A stretch of DNA of 64,000 nucleotides from Chloroflexota bacterium (GCA_027593235.1 JAQCIU010000010.1:1-64000), one strand, 5' to 3'; shown: positions 9,385 through 19,370, counted from the stretch's first letter. A program made the numbers and translations. Notes: generated from the letters alone by a model not told the origin.

Positions 9385-10440
9385 ATGCTCCGCAGCCCTC
9401 GAGATTTCTTCCAGCCGCTGGCGATCGGTGCGCCGGAGCCGCTCCGCGAGATCCCGGTCACGCCCGGCCGGATGATCCACTTCCTGAACGCCGCGAACCC
9501 GAAGATGGTGGACAAGGTCCCGGACATGCTGAAGCAGGTTGACGTCCTGCTGGGCAACCTCGAGGACGCCGTGCCCATGGACCAGAAGGTCGACGCTCGG
9601 CGCGGCTTCATCAAGGTCGTCAAGGACAACGACTTCGGCAGCACGGGCTGCTGGACGCGGGTCAACAGCCTCGACAGCCCCTGGTTCCTCGACGACGTCA
9701 TGGAGTTCGTCGCCGAGATCGGCGACCGCCTGGACGTCATCATGATTCCGAAGGTGCTCGGTCCGCAGGACATCACCTACGTCGATCGACTGCTCGCACA
9801 GCTCGAGGCACGGCACAACGTCGCCAAGCCAATCATGGTCCACGCGATCCTCGAGACCGGCGGCGGCGTCGCACAGGTCGAGGAGATCGCAATCGCGAGT
9901 CCCCGGCTGCAAGGCATGAGCCTCGGTCCCGCGGACCTCGCCGCGTCGCGGCGGATGAAGACCACCCGCGTCGGCGGGGGCCACCCTGGTTATGTCGTTC
10001 GCGCCGACCCAAATCCGGATGCCCCTGACGCCGAGCGCGCCTGCGTCCAGCAAGACCTCTGGCATTACACGATGGCGAAGATGGTCGACGCCTGCGTCAA
10101 CGCGGGCGCGCTGCCGTACTACGGTCCGTTCGGCGACATCAGCGATCCGCTGGGCTGCGAGGACCAGTTCCGCTCGGCGTTCTTGCTTGGCTGTGTCGGT
10201 GCCTGGTCGCTGCACCCCAGTCAGATCGCGATCGCCCGCAAGGTCTTCAGCCCCGCGGTGGACGAGGTGAAGATGGCGATGAAGATCCTGGAGGCGATTC
10301 CGGACGGCTCCGGCGTCGCGATGGTCGACGGCAAGATGCAGGACGACGCGACCTGGAAGCAGGCGCAGGTGATGGTCAACTACGCGCGGATGATCGCCCA
10401 ACGCGACCCGGAGCTGGCCTCCCAATACGGAATCGAGTAG
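9385..10440 (+). CDS. mcl: Malyl-CoA/beta-methylmalyl-CoA/citramalyl-CoA lyase (CitE family, Chloroflexus type)
   Basis: [52 protein letters not shown] and [11 protein letters not shown] match Chloroflexus Mcl as recalled; GAGGAG RBS. Confidence 0.88.
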   Translation: MLRSPRDFFQPLAIGAPEPLREIPVTPGRMIHFLNAANPKMVDKVPDMLKQVDVLLGNLEDAVPMDQKVDARRGFIKVVKDNDFGSTGCWTRVNSLDSPWFLDDVMEFVAEIGDRLDVIMIPKVLGPQDITYVDRLLAQLEARHNVAKPIMVHAILETGGGVAQVEEIAIASPRLQGMSLGPADLAASRRMKTTRVGGGHPGYVVRADPNPDAPDAERACVQQDLWHYTMAKMVDACVNAGALPYYGPFGDISDPLGCEDQFRSAFLLGCVGAWSLHPSQIAIARKVFSPAVDEVKMAMKILEAIPDGSGVAMVDGKMQDDATWKQAQVMVNYARMIAQRDPELASQYGIE

Positions 10441-10451
10441 CCGTCCCCACC

Positions 10452-11051
10452 ATGTCCGAGCCCGCACGGCTGCGCATCGGTATTGATTTCGACGGCACAC
10501 TCGCCGATTCGATCGGTGCCGCGGCGCGGTACCTGCGAGACTTGGAGGGCATCGAACTCGAGCCGGAGGAGATGCGCTGGCCGCCGGGACGGGAGCGGAT
10601 CGGCGCGAAGCGGTTCGCGGCGATGATCAAGGATCCGCGGTTTTTCCAGCGTCTTGAGTTCGTGCCCGGCGCCGAGGCGACGATGCGCACCCTTGGACGC
10701 GACGCCGACCTCTACATCGTGACCGCGCGGACGCCCGAGCAGGCGGAGCCGGTGGAGCGCTGGCTGCAGCACCATGAACTCGAGGTCAACGGCGTCGCCA
10801 CCACCTCGTATGAGTCGAAGGTCGCGGCCTGTCGCAAGCTACAGCTCGACCTGCACCTGGACGACATGCTGGCCCACACCGCGGACCTGATGCACGAGAC
10901 CGAGACCGTCCTCGCGTTGCTCGCCGCCCCTTGGAACGACCTTCGGCCCAGCGGCCCCGCCGAGAACAACGGGCCACGGATTCATGCCGACTGGCACGCC
11001 TTCCACGATTGGGTGCACCGCACCTTCGAGCATCGGCTGCGCGCGAACTAG
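10452..11051 (+). CDS. HAD-family 5'(3')-nucleotidase-like protein
   Basis: IGIDFDGTLAD motif I, IVTAR motif II, HLDD motif IV, 'APWN'. Confidence 0.78.
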   Translation: MSEPARLRIGIDFDGTLADSIGAAARYLRDLEGIELEPEEMRWPPGRERIGAKRFAAMIKDPRFFQRLEFVPGAEATMRTLGRDADLYIVTARTPEQAEPVERWLQHHELEVNGVATTSYESKVAACRKLQLDLHLDDMLAHTADLMHETETVLALLAAPWNDLRPSGPAENNGPRIHADWHAFHDWVHRTFEHRLRAN

Positions 11052-11893
11052 CTCGCGCGGGCGGTGTAAGCGACCAGATCACCCTCGTGTGCCGCGGCCG
11101 AGGGCCAGTCCGCGCGCAACGCCACTTCGCCAAAACCGGCGGCGCCGAGGAGTGCGCGGTACTCCGCGTCGCTGTAGGCCTGCATCGCGTCCCCATGAGG
11201 GGAGACGTGGCCGGTGGCGGCGTCGACGATGAACCAGCGATGCCTGGCGATCGAAGCGGCCTGATCCCAGCCCGCTTCCTCAAGCACCAGGTGCGGACGA
11301 TCCGACCAGAGGCCGGACTGGTGCGTGGACCAGCGCGGTGCCGCTGCGCCGATCCGGCGCACGGCCTCGAAGGTGTGTGGCTCGATCAGTAGCAGGCCAC
11401 CCGGCGTCAGCGCTGCGTGCGCGCGCTCCAGGAGCACCCGCACCTCGGCGCGGCGGAATACGTTCAGCTCCCCGTAGAGGAAGGTGACGAGGTCCATGTG
11501 CTGCCCGAAGGGCGTCTCGCGCACGTCGCCCAGCTCATACGACACCTCGAGGCCGGCGCGCTCCGCCTCGGACCGGGCATGGCGTATGGAGGCAGGGGAG
11601 AAGTCGATCCCGCGCACGCGGTAGTCCAGGCGAGCGAGCCGATTCGCGTAGAGCCCGGGGCCGCAGCCGAGATCGAGGATGCGCGCGCCCTCGTCCGGCA
11701 GTTCAGCCGCAATCCAGGCGACCTGCGCCTCGATGGTCTCGCTGCGCCGGCTCGCGGCATCGTGGGCCTGGGAGAGGTGTTCAGCGAGCATGCGCTCGCT
11801 GAACGCCGGGTCATTCCACGGGATCTTTTCGCCGTCAGCCCAGACGGCTGGATCGCTAGCGCGGGTCACGATCGCGTCCAGGCCGCGCACCAC
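11048..11893 (-). CDS. Class I SAM-dependent methyltransferase
   Basis: KIPWNDPAFSERML, ILDLGCGPGLY, GIDFS; start approximate. Confidence 0.85.
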   Translation of the reverse strand: MVRGLDAIVTRASDPAVWADGEKIPWNDPAFSERMLAEHLSQAHDAASRRSETIEAQVAWIAAELPDEGARILDLGCGPGLYANRLARLDYRVRGIDFSPASIRHARSEAERAGLEVSYELGDVRETPFGQHMDLVTFLYGELNVFRRAEVRVLLERAHAALTPGGLLLIEPHTFEAVRRIGAAAPRWSTHQSGLWSDRPHLVLEEAGWDQAASIARHRWFIVDAATGHVSPHGDAMQAYSDAEYRALLGAAGFGEVALRADWPSAAAHEGDLVAYTARAS

Positions 11894-11901
11894 GCGCGGT
11901 G

Positions 11902-12975
11902 CTACCGGACGCCGAGCGCGAGGCCGGGACCGGTGACGAAAAAGTCCCCCTCGCCGGTCCTCGCATCGATGGCGTAGAGGATGTCGTCCTCTGAGTTCTG
12001 GGCGAGGACGTGGTCTCCCGCGGCAATCAAGGTGACGGAGCCGGTGGTTCCCTTTCCAACCGAGGTCTTGCTGGCCACCGTGTTCGTGGCCGGGTCGATT
12101 CGGTAGAGCTGCGCGCCCTCGCCATCCTCGCCGAACGTGTCGACCGCCCAGATCCACCCGCGATGCTCCAGGAGCCCGCCGAGGTAGTCACCGACCTCGA
12201 TGGTTGCGAGCACCTCGCCAGTGGTTGGATCGAGGCGGACCACGGAGGAGCCCGAGCCGCCCTCGAAGGCGTACTCGGTGCCGCCGGCCCAGACGCTGTT
12301 GGAAGCCGCCAGCACCTCTTTCACGACGAGGCCGACATCGTGGATCCCGAGGACGCTGCCGGTCGCGGGATCAACGTGGGAGACCGCGGCGACGGTCTCG
12401 GGATCGCCGCCGATCACCCAGAGACCGGTCGCGCCCACCGAGAAGTCGGCGTACCGCACGCCCTCGGGCGGCGTCAGGGTGAATTTCGTTTCGCCGGACG
12501 CGCGGTCGATCCCCAGCAGCACGGCGTCGGCGTAGGCGAACCCAACCTCGACCCAGATGAGGTCCCCGACGAGGTAGTAGTCCGTGACCTGCTGCGTGGA
12601 GGCGAACGTCAGCTCCGTGGCATCGCCCGAGTCGAGGTCGACCGAGGTGAGTTGACCGGGTCCGCGTGAGAACCAGATGTCGTCATCGATCAGTTTCACG
12701 GGGAACGGCGTTTCGCCGAATGACAGCCCGTAGTCGGTGAACACGATGACGGGTTCCGGATCGCCGCCGTCGGGCTCCACGTCGTCGATGCCGCCGAAGT
12801 TCAGGGCGAGGAAGCGAAACTTGCCGTTGCCTCGATCGTTCGAATCCGAGGACTGACCGCCGCCGGACGGGCCATCGTGGTTGTTGCCGCCCCCGTCACC
12901 GCCGTCGTCCGATCCACAGGCGAGCAGGAGACCAGCGAACGCGAACGCGAGAAGACCAAACAGGTAACGGCGCAT
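11902..12975 (-). CDS. Lipoprotein with beta-propeller (YncE/Vgb-like) repeats
   Basis: Lipobox LLLAC; repeats of the type 'VWxx...vvRIDPATn.v.atI.VG'; GGAGG RBS. Confidence 0.75.
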   Translation of the reverse strand: MRRYLFGLLAFAFAGLLLACGSDDGGDGGGNNHDGPSGGGQSSDSNDRGNGKFRFLALNFGGIDDVEPDGGDPEPVIVFTDYGLSFGETPFPVKLIDDDIWFSRGPGQLTSVDLDSGDATELTFASTQQVTDYYLVGDLIWVEVGFAYADAVLLGIDRASGETKFTLTPPEGVRYADFSVGATGLWVIGGDPETVAAVSHVDPATGSVLGIHDVGLVVKEVLAASNSVWAGGTEYAFEGGSGSSVVRLDPTTGEVLATIEVGDYLGGLLEHRGWIWAVDTFGEDGEGAQLYRIDPATNTVASKTSVGKGTTGSVTLIAAGDHVLAQNSEDDILYAIDARTGEGDFFVTGPGLALGVR

Positions 12976-13130
12976 CTCGCCTCCATGCCTTGAGAAAGGT
13001 GGGAACAAGTCTGGACCCGGACCGGCGGGCATTCAACGCGACCCGCAGATCCCTCGTAACCTCTCCGCATGGCATATTGCCCGCCGGAACGGCGACTCTG
13101 GGAGTAGCGCTCCCGGGCAGGAGGACGCGC

Positions 13131-14333
13131 GTGCGGTTCTACGAGTACGAAGCGAAACAGGTCCTAGCGGGGTATGGCGTCGCACTCCCGAAGCGCAGGT
13201 TCGTCACCACCGCCGACGAGGCCGCGACCGCGACCGCCGAGATCGGCGGGTCGGTCGTGATCAAATCGCAGGTCCTCAGCGGCGGCCGCATGAAGGCGGG
13301 CGGCGTGAAGTTCGCCGACACACCCGAGGAGGCGCGTGGCCATGCCGCGAACATCCTCGAACTGACGATCAACAACCTCCAGCCCGTCGGCGTCCTCATC
13401 GAGGAAAAGCGCAACGTGAAGCAGGAGTTCTTCGCTGCAGTCACCTACGACGGTCGCGCCAAGCGCCCGGTCATCATCTTCAGCGACATGGGCGGCATCG
13501 ACATCGAGGAGGTCGCGGAGCAGTACCCAGAGCACCTCTCGCGCACGCACTTCTCCGCCAGCCGCCCCTTCTCCGACTACATCGCCAAGGTGGCTGTCGC
13601 CTCGGTCGGCGTTACTGGCAGCGAGCTGAACCAACTCTCGAGGATCGTCGCCGGGCTCGCGCGGCTGTTCCTCGAACTCGACATGACGCTCGCCGAGATC
13701 AACCCGATCGGCAAGCTCGAGGACGGTTCGATCATCGCCCTCGACTGCCACCTCGACATGGAGTCGGAGGCGCGCAACAGCCACCGCGCGCTGCTCCGCG
13801 AAATCGGCGTCCCGGACGAGGACAGCCGCCAGGCCCGTCCCCCGACCCAGTTCGAGATCGACGCCGCGATCGTGGATGGCGCCGACCCTCGAGGGGTTGC
13901 CGGCAACCTCACCGAGTTCGACGGCAACCTCGGCCTGATCATTGGTGCCGGTGGTGGTTCGCTCACCCTCTTCGACGCGGTCCGTGCCGCTGGCGGCAAG
14001 CCTGCCAACTACTGCGAGATCGGCGGGAACCCCTCCGTCTCGAAGGCCGCCGCCCTCACGAAGCTCATCTGCGAGCAGCCCAAGGTCGACAAGATCGCCG
14101 TGATGATGAACGTCGTCTCCAACACGCGCGTCGACATCGTCGCGCGCGGCGTGATCAAGGGCTGCATCGAGGCGGGGTTCGACCCGGCCGACAAGATCGC
14201 CATCTTCCGCATCCCCGGTTCGTGGGAGGAAGAGGGCTTCGCACTCCTCGAGAAGTACGGCGTCGAATACGTCGATCGCACGGTGTCGATGCACGAGGCC
14301 GCCGGTCGCGCGGTCGCGAAGATGGAGGCCTAG
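13131..14333 (+). CDS. SucC-like ADP-forming CoA ligase beta subunit (ATP-grasp); substrate uncertain
   Basis: RFYEYEAK, KSQVLSGGRMKAGGVKFA, AEINP, PANYCEIGGNP; GGAGG RBS. Confidence 0.88.
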   Translation: MRFYEYEAKQVLAGYGVALPKRRFVTTADEAATATAEIGGSVVIKSQVLSGGRMKAGGVKFADTPEEARGHAANILELTINNLQPVGVLIEEKRNVKQEFFAAVTYDGRAKRPVIIFSDMGGIDIEEVAEQYPEHLSRTHFSASRPFSDYIAKVAVASVGVTGSELNQLSRIVAGLARLFLELDMTLAEINPIGKLEDGSIIALDCHLDMESEARNSHRALLREIGVPDEDSRQARPPTQFEIDAAIVDGADPRGVAGNLTEFDGNLGLIIGAGGGSLTLFDAVRAAGGKPANYCEIGGNPSVSKAAALTKLICEQPKVDKIAVMMNVVSNTRVDIVARGVIKGCIEAGFDPADKIAIFRIPGSWEEEGFALLEKYGVEYVDRTVSMHEAAGRAVAKMEA

Positions 14334-14335
14334 CG

Positions 14336-15235
14336 ATGTCGATCCTCGTCGACGAGAACACGACCTTCATCATTCAGGGCATCACCGGCCGCGAGGCCGT
14401 CACCATGGCGCGCGAGGTGCTGGACTACGGCTCCAAGCTCCTCGGGGGCGTCACCCCCGGGCGCAAGGGCCGCGACGTGCACGGCGTGCCCGTCGAGGAC
14501 ACCGTCCGCGCCTTCACCGAGCGTGAGCGCGTCGACGCCTCGGTGGTGTCGGTACCGCCGGCGTTCGCGGCGGACGCCGTCAACGAGGCGATCGAGGCCG
14601 GCATCAAACTGATCGTCGTGGTCACCGAGCGCATCCCGCGCAAGCAGGTCGCGCAGTTCGTCGAATACGCCCAGCAAGAGGGCGTCCGCATCATCGGCCC
14701 CAACTGCCTCGGCGTGATTTCGCCGGGCAAGTCGAAGGTCGGGGGCGTGGGCGGCGCGGTCGACTCGTGCCGCCGTGCGTTCGTTCCGGGGTCGATCGGC
14801 GTGATGTCCCGCTCCGGCGGCATGACCGTCGAGATCGCCAACTCACTCTCCGTCGCCGGTCTCGGCGTCAGCACCGCCGTCTCAATCGGCGGCGACGCCA
14901 TCATCGGCTCCACCTACGCGGAGCTGATGCCGCTCTTCGACGCCGACGAGCAGACGAAGGGCATCGCGATCTACAGCGAGCCCGGCGGTCGCGCCGAGTA
15001 CGAACTGGCCGACTACATGAAGGAGAGCGGCAGCAAGCTCCCGGTCGTCGCCTTTATGGCCGGTCGCTTCATGGACGAGATGCCCGGCATGCGCTTCGGC
15101 CACGCCGGCACCATCGTCGAGGGCAAGGCCGACACCACCGCCGAGAAGATCGCCAACCTCGAAGCGATCGGCATCTCCGTCGCCGACCGCATCGAAGACA
15201 TCCCGCGCCTGCTCAAAGAACGGATCGGGGGCTAA
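14336..15235 (+). CDS. SucD-like CoA ligase alpha subunit
   Basis: IIQGITG, GGVTPG, IIGPNCLG, SRSGG, phospho-His motif RFGHAG. Confidence 0.9.
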   Translation: MSILVDENTTFIIQGITGREAVTMAREVLDYGSKLLGGVTPGRKGRDVHGVPVEDTVRAFTERERVDASVVSVPPAFAADAVNEAIEAGIKLIVVVTERIPRKQVAQFVEYAQQEGVRIIGPNCLGVISPGKSKVGGVGGAVDSCRRAFVPGSIGVMSRSGGMTVEIANSLSVAGLGVSTAVSIGGDAIIGSTYAELMPLFDADEQTKGIAIYSEPGGRAEYELADYMKESGSKLPVVAFMAGRFMDEMPGMRFGHAGTIVEGKADTTAEKIANLEAIGISVADRIEDIPRLLKERIGG

Positions 15236-15237
15236 CG

Positions 15238-15462
15238 ATGGCCGCGATGTTCATCCGCGTCGACATCGCCGACTCGGTCCAGGAGGACCCGGCGGTCTGC
15301 AAGCAGCTCGTCGAGGTCTGCCCCGTCGACATCTTCGAACTCGACGACGCGGGCCGCGTCCGCACCGTCGAGGGCAACCTGGATGAGTGCACGCTCTGCG
15401 ATCTGTGCATCGACGCGACCCAGCCGGGCCAGATTGACGTCGTCAAGCTGTACCGGCAGTAG
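15238..15462 (+). CDS. Small 4Fe-4S ferredoxin
   Basis: EVCPVDIF...ECTLCDLC; starts 2 nt after the alpha-subunit stop. Confidence 0.8.
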   Translation: MAAMFIRVDIADSVQEDPAVCKQLVEVCPVDIFELDDAGRVRTVEGNLDECTLCDLCIDATQPGQIDVVKLYRQ

Positions 15463-15506
15463 CGGTCGGTCGTTGCCGGGAGACTGATAGCGAGACTGAT
15501 CCTTTA

Positions 15507-15535
15507 TTGCCGGTGATTTCGCCCGATGGTACGTT
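15507..15535 (+). promoter_or_regulatory. Putative sigma70-type promoter of the polyferredoxin
   Basis: TTGCCG-17nt-TACGTT with extended -10 TG; GAGACTGAT direct repeats at 15480 and 15492 just upstream. Confidence 0.45.
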
Positions 15536-15567
15536 TGGGCGGAACTGCACCACGAAAGGCTTTCTCC

Positions 15568-16074
15568 GTGGCCTACAGCATTGTTGAGACCTGCATCGGC
15601 TGTACCGCCTGCACGAAGAAGTGCCCGGTGGAGGCGATCACTGGAATCCGTAACGAACTCCACGTCATCGACGCGGAGTTGTGCATCGACTGCGGCGCCT
15701 GCGGCGCGGTCTGCCCGCCGGAAGCGATCCTCGACGAGGTCGGCGACATCGCTCGCACGTTCCCGCGCCGGGAACTGCCGCTGGCGAAGGTTGCCGAGCA
15801 GAACTGCATCGGCTCCGGCTGCGAACTCTGCATCAACATCTGCCCGTTCGACGCGCTGTCACTCTCGGACGCGCCCAACTCATTCGACTTCTATGGCATG
15901 GCCACGGTCGACGAGAAGAAGTGCGTCGGTTGCCGGCTCTGCGAGCAGGCCTGCGGCTGGAACGCGATCTACATCGACCCGCCGCGCGAGTTGTTGAAGA
16001 AGGCCATCTACCCGATGGAGATCCTCACCCCGAAGAAGGGGAAGGGGCTCCAGAAGGCCCGGGCAAACGCGTAG
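15568..16074 (+). CDS. Polyferredoxin (four CxxCxxCxxxC-type motifs)
   Basis: CIGCTACTKKCP, CIDCGACGAVCP, CIGSGCELCINICP, CVGCRLCEQACG. Confidence 0.88.
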   Translation: MAYSIVETCIGCTACTKKCPVEAITGIRNELHVIDAELCIDCGACGAVCPPEAILDEVGDIARTFPRRELPLAKVAEQNCIGSGCELCINICPFDALSLSDAPNSFDFYGMATVDEKKCVGCRLCEQACGWNAIYIDPPRELLKKAIYPMEILTPKKGKGLQKARANA

Positions 16075-16124
16075 CGAAGCGACGAGGGCGAACACGTAGC
16101 GCTCGCCCCGTCAGCCAGCTTCAT

Positions 16125-16156
16125 ACGGCCTCGCCTGGCGGGGCCGTTCTGTCTCT
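16125..16156 (+). terminator. Putative intrinsic terminator
   Basis: acggcctcgc-ctg-gcggggccgt followed by tctgtctct. Confidence 0.45.
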
Positions 16157-16171
16157 CGGAACGGACACCCC

Positions 16172-16612
16172 GTGCCCACGATCGAACTGCGCTGGCGTCG
16201 CCTACGCCCGAATGCGCGCCTCCCTGAACGCCAGACCGAACTCGCCAGCGGCTACGACCTGCACGCCTGTATCGAGGACGGTCCGCTCCTCCTCGGCACC
16301 ATGCCCACCCGCGTACCGACCGGCATCGCGATCGCCGCCCCACCCGGCACTGACGTCCAGGTCCGACCCCGGTCTGGCCTCTTTTCGCGAGGCGTCATCG
16401 GTATGGTCGGCACCCTCGATGCCGACTATCGAGGCGAAATCCACGTCACCCTCTACTGCTTGCCCGACCTCGGCAGCTTCGCGGTGCATGACGGCGACCG
16501 CATCGGACAGTTGATCGTCAGCCAGCTCGCCGAAGCCGACTGGATGGAGGTCGACACGCTGGAGGACACGGCGCGCGGCGCCGGCGGGCACGGCTCAACC
16601 GGCATTCGTTAG
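16172..16612 (+). CDS. dut: dUTP diphosphatase
   Basis: Five trimeric dUTPase motifs: ASGYDL, RPRSGL, GTLDADYRG, GDRIGQ, RGAGGHGSTG. Confidence 0.95.
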   Translation: MPTIELRWRRLRPNARLPERQTELASGYDLHACIEDGPLLLGTMPTRVPTGIAIAAPPGTDVQVRPRSGLFSRGVIGMVGTLDADYRGEIHVTLYCLPDLGSFAVHDGDRIGQLIVSQLAEADWMEVDTLEDTARGAGGHGSTGIR

Positions 16613-16715
16613 CGAAACCGCGACTCCGCCCCTTCGGCAGGTGGCCGACGCCTGGGGCATCCGGATCTCCCCTGATTCGCACTACCGTCGAGTCCGCTTT
16701 CGTCGACGATCAGGC

Positions 16716-17159
16716 ATGCGCGCTGATTTCGAACTGCGCCACTCCACCCCCACTCGCGTCGCGGCAGTCGTCGCGCCAGCGGTCGAATTCTTGCTGTTCG
16801 GCATCCTCGTCACGTACGGCGACACGACGACAGAATCTGCCGCGGCGATCGCCTCGTTGCTGATGGCGGTGTCGTTCATCCACTCGTGGTGCGTGCTTGG
16901 GTCGCGCTACGAACTCAGCGACGAGTCGCTGTGGATCGTGCATGGCCCATGGCGACGGCGGTTCGGCCTCGGGGATGTGCTCGCGGCGCGGCCGATTCGG
17001 ACGCTGGACCGCGGTCCGGTGGTGCAGGTACGCCTGGCGTACGGCCGCCAACTGCTACTGACGCCGGATGACCGCGGCGCGTTCCTCGATGCGTTGCAGG
17101 CGCACGTCCCGCACCTGCAAGTCGATGCGGCCGAGGCCGCCACTCGCGCCGCCGGATAA
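16716..17159 (+). CDS. Membrane protein with bacterial PH domain
   Basis: Two TMs, then 'RYELSDESLWIVHG' and 'LLLTPDDRGAFLDAL'. Confidence 0.65.
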   Translation: MRADFELRHSTPTRVAAVVAPAVEFLLFGILVTYGDTTTESAAAIASLLMAVSFIHSWCVLGSRYELSDESLWIVHGPWRRRFGLGDVLAARPIRTLDRGPVVQVRLAYGRQLLLTPDDRGAFLDALQAHVPHLQVDAAEAATRAAG

Positions 17160-17294
17160 CGCCACGGGCCCAGCCACAACGGTTAAAGCGAGAGCGGACC
17201 GTGAGGTCCGCTCTCTTCCATCATCTGCCGTGCGGCGGGGGTATTTATCGGCAAGATGGTGGCATGACTGCTGCGGCCTCCTGGGCCGCCGGGA

Positions 17295-17990
17295 TTAGTG
17301 CGCGGCCGCCGCTTCCGCTTCCGCCGCGTCGTCCGAGAAGACGTAGTGGTAGAGGAGGGCTGCCGCCACGGCGCCGACGATCGGTCCGATCCAATACACG
17401 AGGTGGTCATCCCAGCTGGAGTTCATCAGGGCGGGACCGAAGGCGCGCGCGGGATTCATCGCCGCACCGGTGAAGCGACCGGCCGCGAAGATGTCCATGG
17501 TCAGCACGAGGCCGATGCCGAACCCACCGACGTTGGGGCCACGCTTGTCGAGCGCCGTACCGAACACCGCGAGCATGAGGAACATGGTGAGGATGATTTC
17601 GATCCCCACCCCTTGAGCGAAGGTGACGCCGCTCAACATCGGCGTTCCCAGCATCGCGTTGTCACGCAATGATTCGGGGAAGAGCACCACCAGTGCGAGT
17701 GCGCCGAGCACTCCACCGATCAATTGAGCGATGATGTACCCGATGGTGTTCATCGTATCGAGGCGGCGTGTCACCCAGAGGCCGAGGGTGAGCGCTGGAT
17801 TGAAGAGACCGCCTGAGATGTGGCCAAGCGCTGAAATCAACAATGCGATCGCCAAGCCGTGGGCGAGCGCGACCGCGACGAGTTCCTGGCCGGAGGCAAT
17901 GATCGAGCCCGCGCCGATGAAGATCAGCGCGAAGGTACCCACCATCTCGGCGATCAATTTGCGAGGGTCGACAGCCATGGATTTCGACAT
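17295..17990 (-). CDS. Aquaporin (MIP family)
   Basis: HISGGLFNPA and AMNPARAFGPA; six TMs; start approximate. Confidence 0.93.
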   Translation of the reverse strand: MSKSMAVDPRKLIAEMVGTFALIFIGAGSIIASGQELVAVALAHGLAIALLISALGHISGGLFNPALTLGLWVTRRLDTMNTIGYIIAQLIGGVLGALALVVLFPESLRDNAMLGTPMLSGVTFAQGVGIEIILTMFLMLAVFGTALDKRGPNVGGFGIGLVLTMDIFAAGRFTGAAMNPARAFGPALMNSSWDDHLVYWIGPIVGAVAAALLYHYVFSDDAAEAEAAAAH

Positions 17991-18074
17991 CAACCGTCCC
18001 GACCGCACCGCGGAGACGACACCGTCCCGCTGCGGTGGCAATAGAATCACCATTCGGCTAAAAAGTCAACACAC

Positions 18075-19352
18075 ATGCTCAATTCTTTGAGGTACTTATC
18101 AACACGGCGAATTGCCGCCCTGAGCATCGCATCGGTGCTGCTGTTGCTTGCCGCTTGCGGCGGTGGCGAACCTGACGTGCGGCTCCGCCCGGTCGGCGGA
18201 GCCGGGACCCCAGATCCGGCCGGGACCCCGGACCCGAACGCGACCGCCAGCGGCACCACGGTGAGCGAGCCGGTCGAACTCCCCTTCGCCCCGTCGAACC
18301 GGGTGGGCGGCGGCCTGCTGGTTGCCACCTACCTCGCGGGCGGAATGGCCGACATCCCCGACTGCCTGCCGGAACTCGTACAGGACTGGGAACTGGAGCC
18401 GGTCGCGGGAGAGCGATGCGCCTCGTTCGACATCGATGGCGACGGACTCGATGAGCTGATCTACACGGTGAGTGTTGCGGGCGATCCGGCGCCGCCCGGA
18501 GATGTCTGGTTCTTCGACGACGCGGAGAAGGACTACCTCCTCTTCACCTCGGCGCGCGCCCTCGCCAACGAGATCCTTGCCGGTGTGAACATCGAGGCGG
18601 TACTCGACCTCACCGGTGACGGGGTGCCGGAGGCCGTGATCTCGATGCAGAGCTGCGACGGCGATCGCTGTACGACCCGCTTTGTGATCGCGAGCGCCCA
18701 TCGAGGATTCGCGGTCGAGGACCTCGCCCCGGACGACCTCGTCGCCAACTCCACCGAGGGGCTGAGTTTCGAAGACGCCAGCGACGATCAACTCGCCGAC
18801 CTCCAGATACGTCGCGAAGCAGAGAGCGACGATCCGGCAGCCGGACCGCAGCGCGCGTCGACGCTGGTCGTCTCATGGTCAGGGTTGCGGTTCCACGCAG
18901 ACGAGGTGCCCGATCCGGCGGAGTTCCTGATTCACCTGATCGCGGATGCCGACGTGGCGTACGCGTCGGGCGACCTGGCGGTCGCGTCGGAGCTGTACCT
19001 GCAGGCAGCGAGCGATCAGGCGCTGCGGGATTGGAAGGCGGAGCAGGGCCAACGCGCTGGGCGAGCCGAACTGCAGCCGTACGCGCTGTTCCGCGCGGCG
19101 CTGGTCGCGCAGCGACAGGGCAATCCGGCCGGCGCTCGACAACTCCTCGATCGCGCTTTCACGCAGCACCCCGATTCGATCCACGGGCTCGCCGCCGGGA
19201 TCTACTTGCAAGCGCTAGACAGCGGCAACTCGACGAGTGCTGCGTGCGCCGCGAGCGAGTCCTACCTCGAGCGGCTCGCCACCGTGTACACGGACGCCTG
19301 GAACTACGGCTTCGCGAACCCGCAACACACGGTCACGGGGCTCTGCCGCTAG
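18075..19352 (+). CDS. Lipoprotein with DxDxDG loops and a TPR-like helical C-terminus
   Basis: Lipobox LAAC; DIDGDGLDE and DLTGDGVPE; Cys pairs. Confidence 0.7.
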   Translation: MLNSLRYLSTRRIAALSIASVLLLLAACGGGEPDVRLRPVGGAGTPDPAGTPDPNATASGTTVSEPVELPFAPSNRVGGGLLVATYLAGGMADIPDCLPELVQDWELEPVAGERCASFDIDGDGLDELIYTVSVAGDPAPPGDVWFFDDAEKDYLLFTSARALANEILAGVNIEAVLDLTGDGVPEAVISMQSCDGDRCTTRFVIASAHRGFAVEDLAPDDLVANSTEGLSFEDASDDQLADLQIRREAESDDPAAGPQRASTLVVSWSGLRFHADEVPDPAEFLIHLIADADVAYASGDLAVASELYLQAASDQALRDWKAEQGQRAGRAELQPYALFRAALVAQRQGNPAGARQLLDRAFTQHPDSIHGLAAGIYLQALDSGNSTSAACAASESYLERLATVYTDAWNYGFANPQHTVTGLCR

Positions 19353-19370
19353 GCTCCATCGCTCGCGCGG

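Noticed and set aside
9385-10440. Evidence of autotrophy via the 3-hydroxypropionate bicycle
   Set aside because: mcl alone is insufficient; no malonyl-CoA reductase or propionyl-CoA synthase in the window
8773-10500. 575-aa minus-strand ORF
   Set aside because: Shadow of mcl and the upstream membrane gene
18202-18240. Short repeats (GTPDP x2; also AEAEAE near 4968 and the 27-bp repeat at 51-104) as CRISPR or VNTR
   Set aside because: Only two to three in-frame copies in low-complexity linkers, with no spacers
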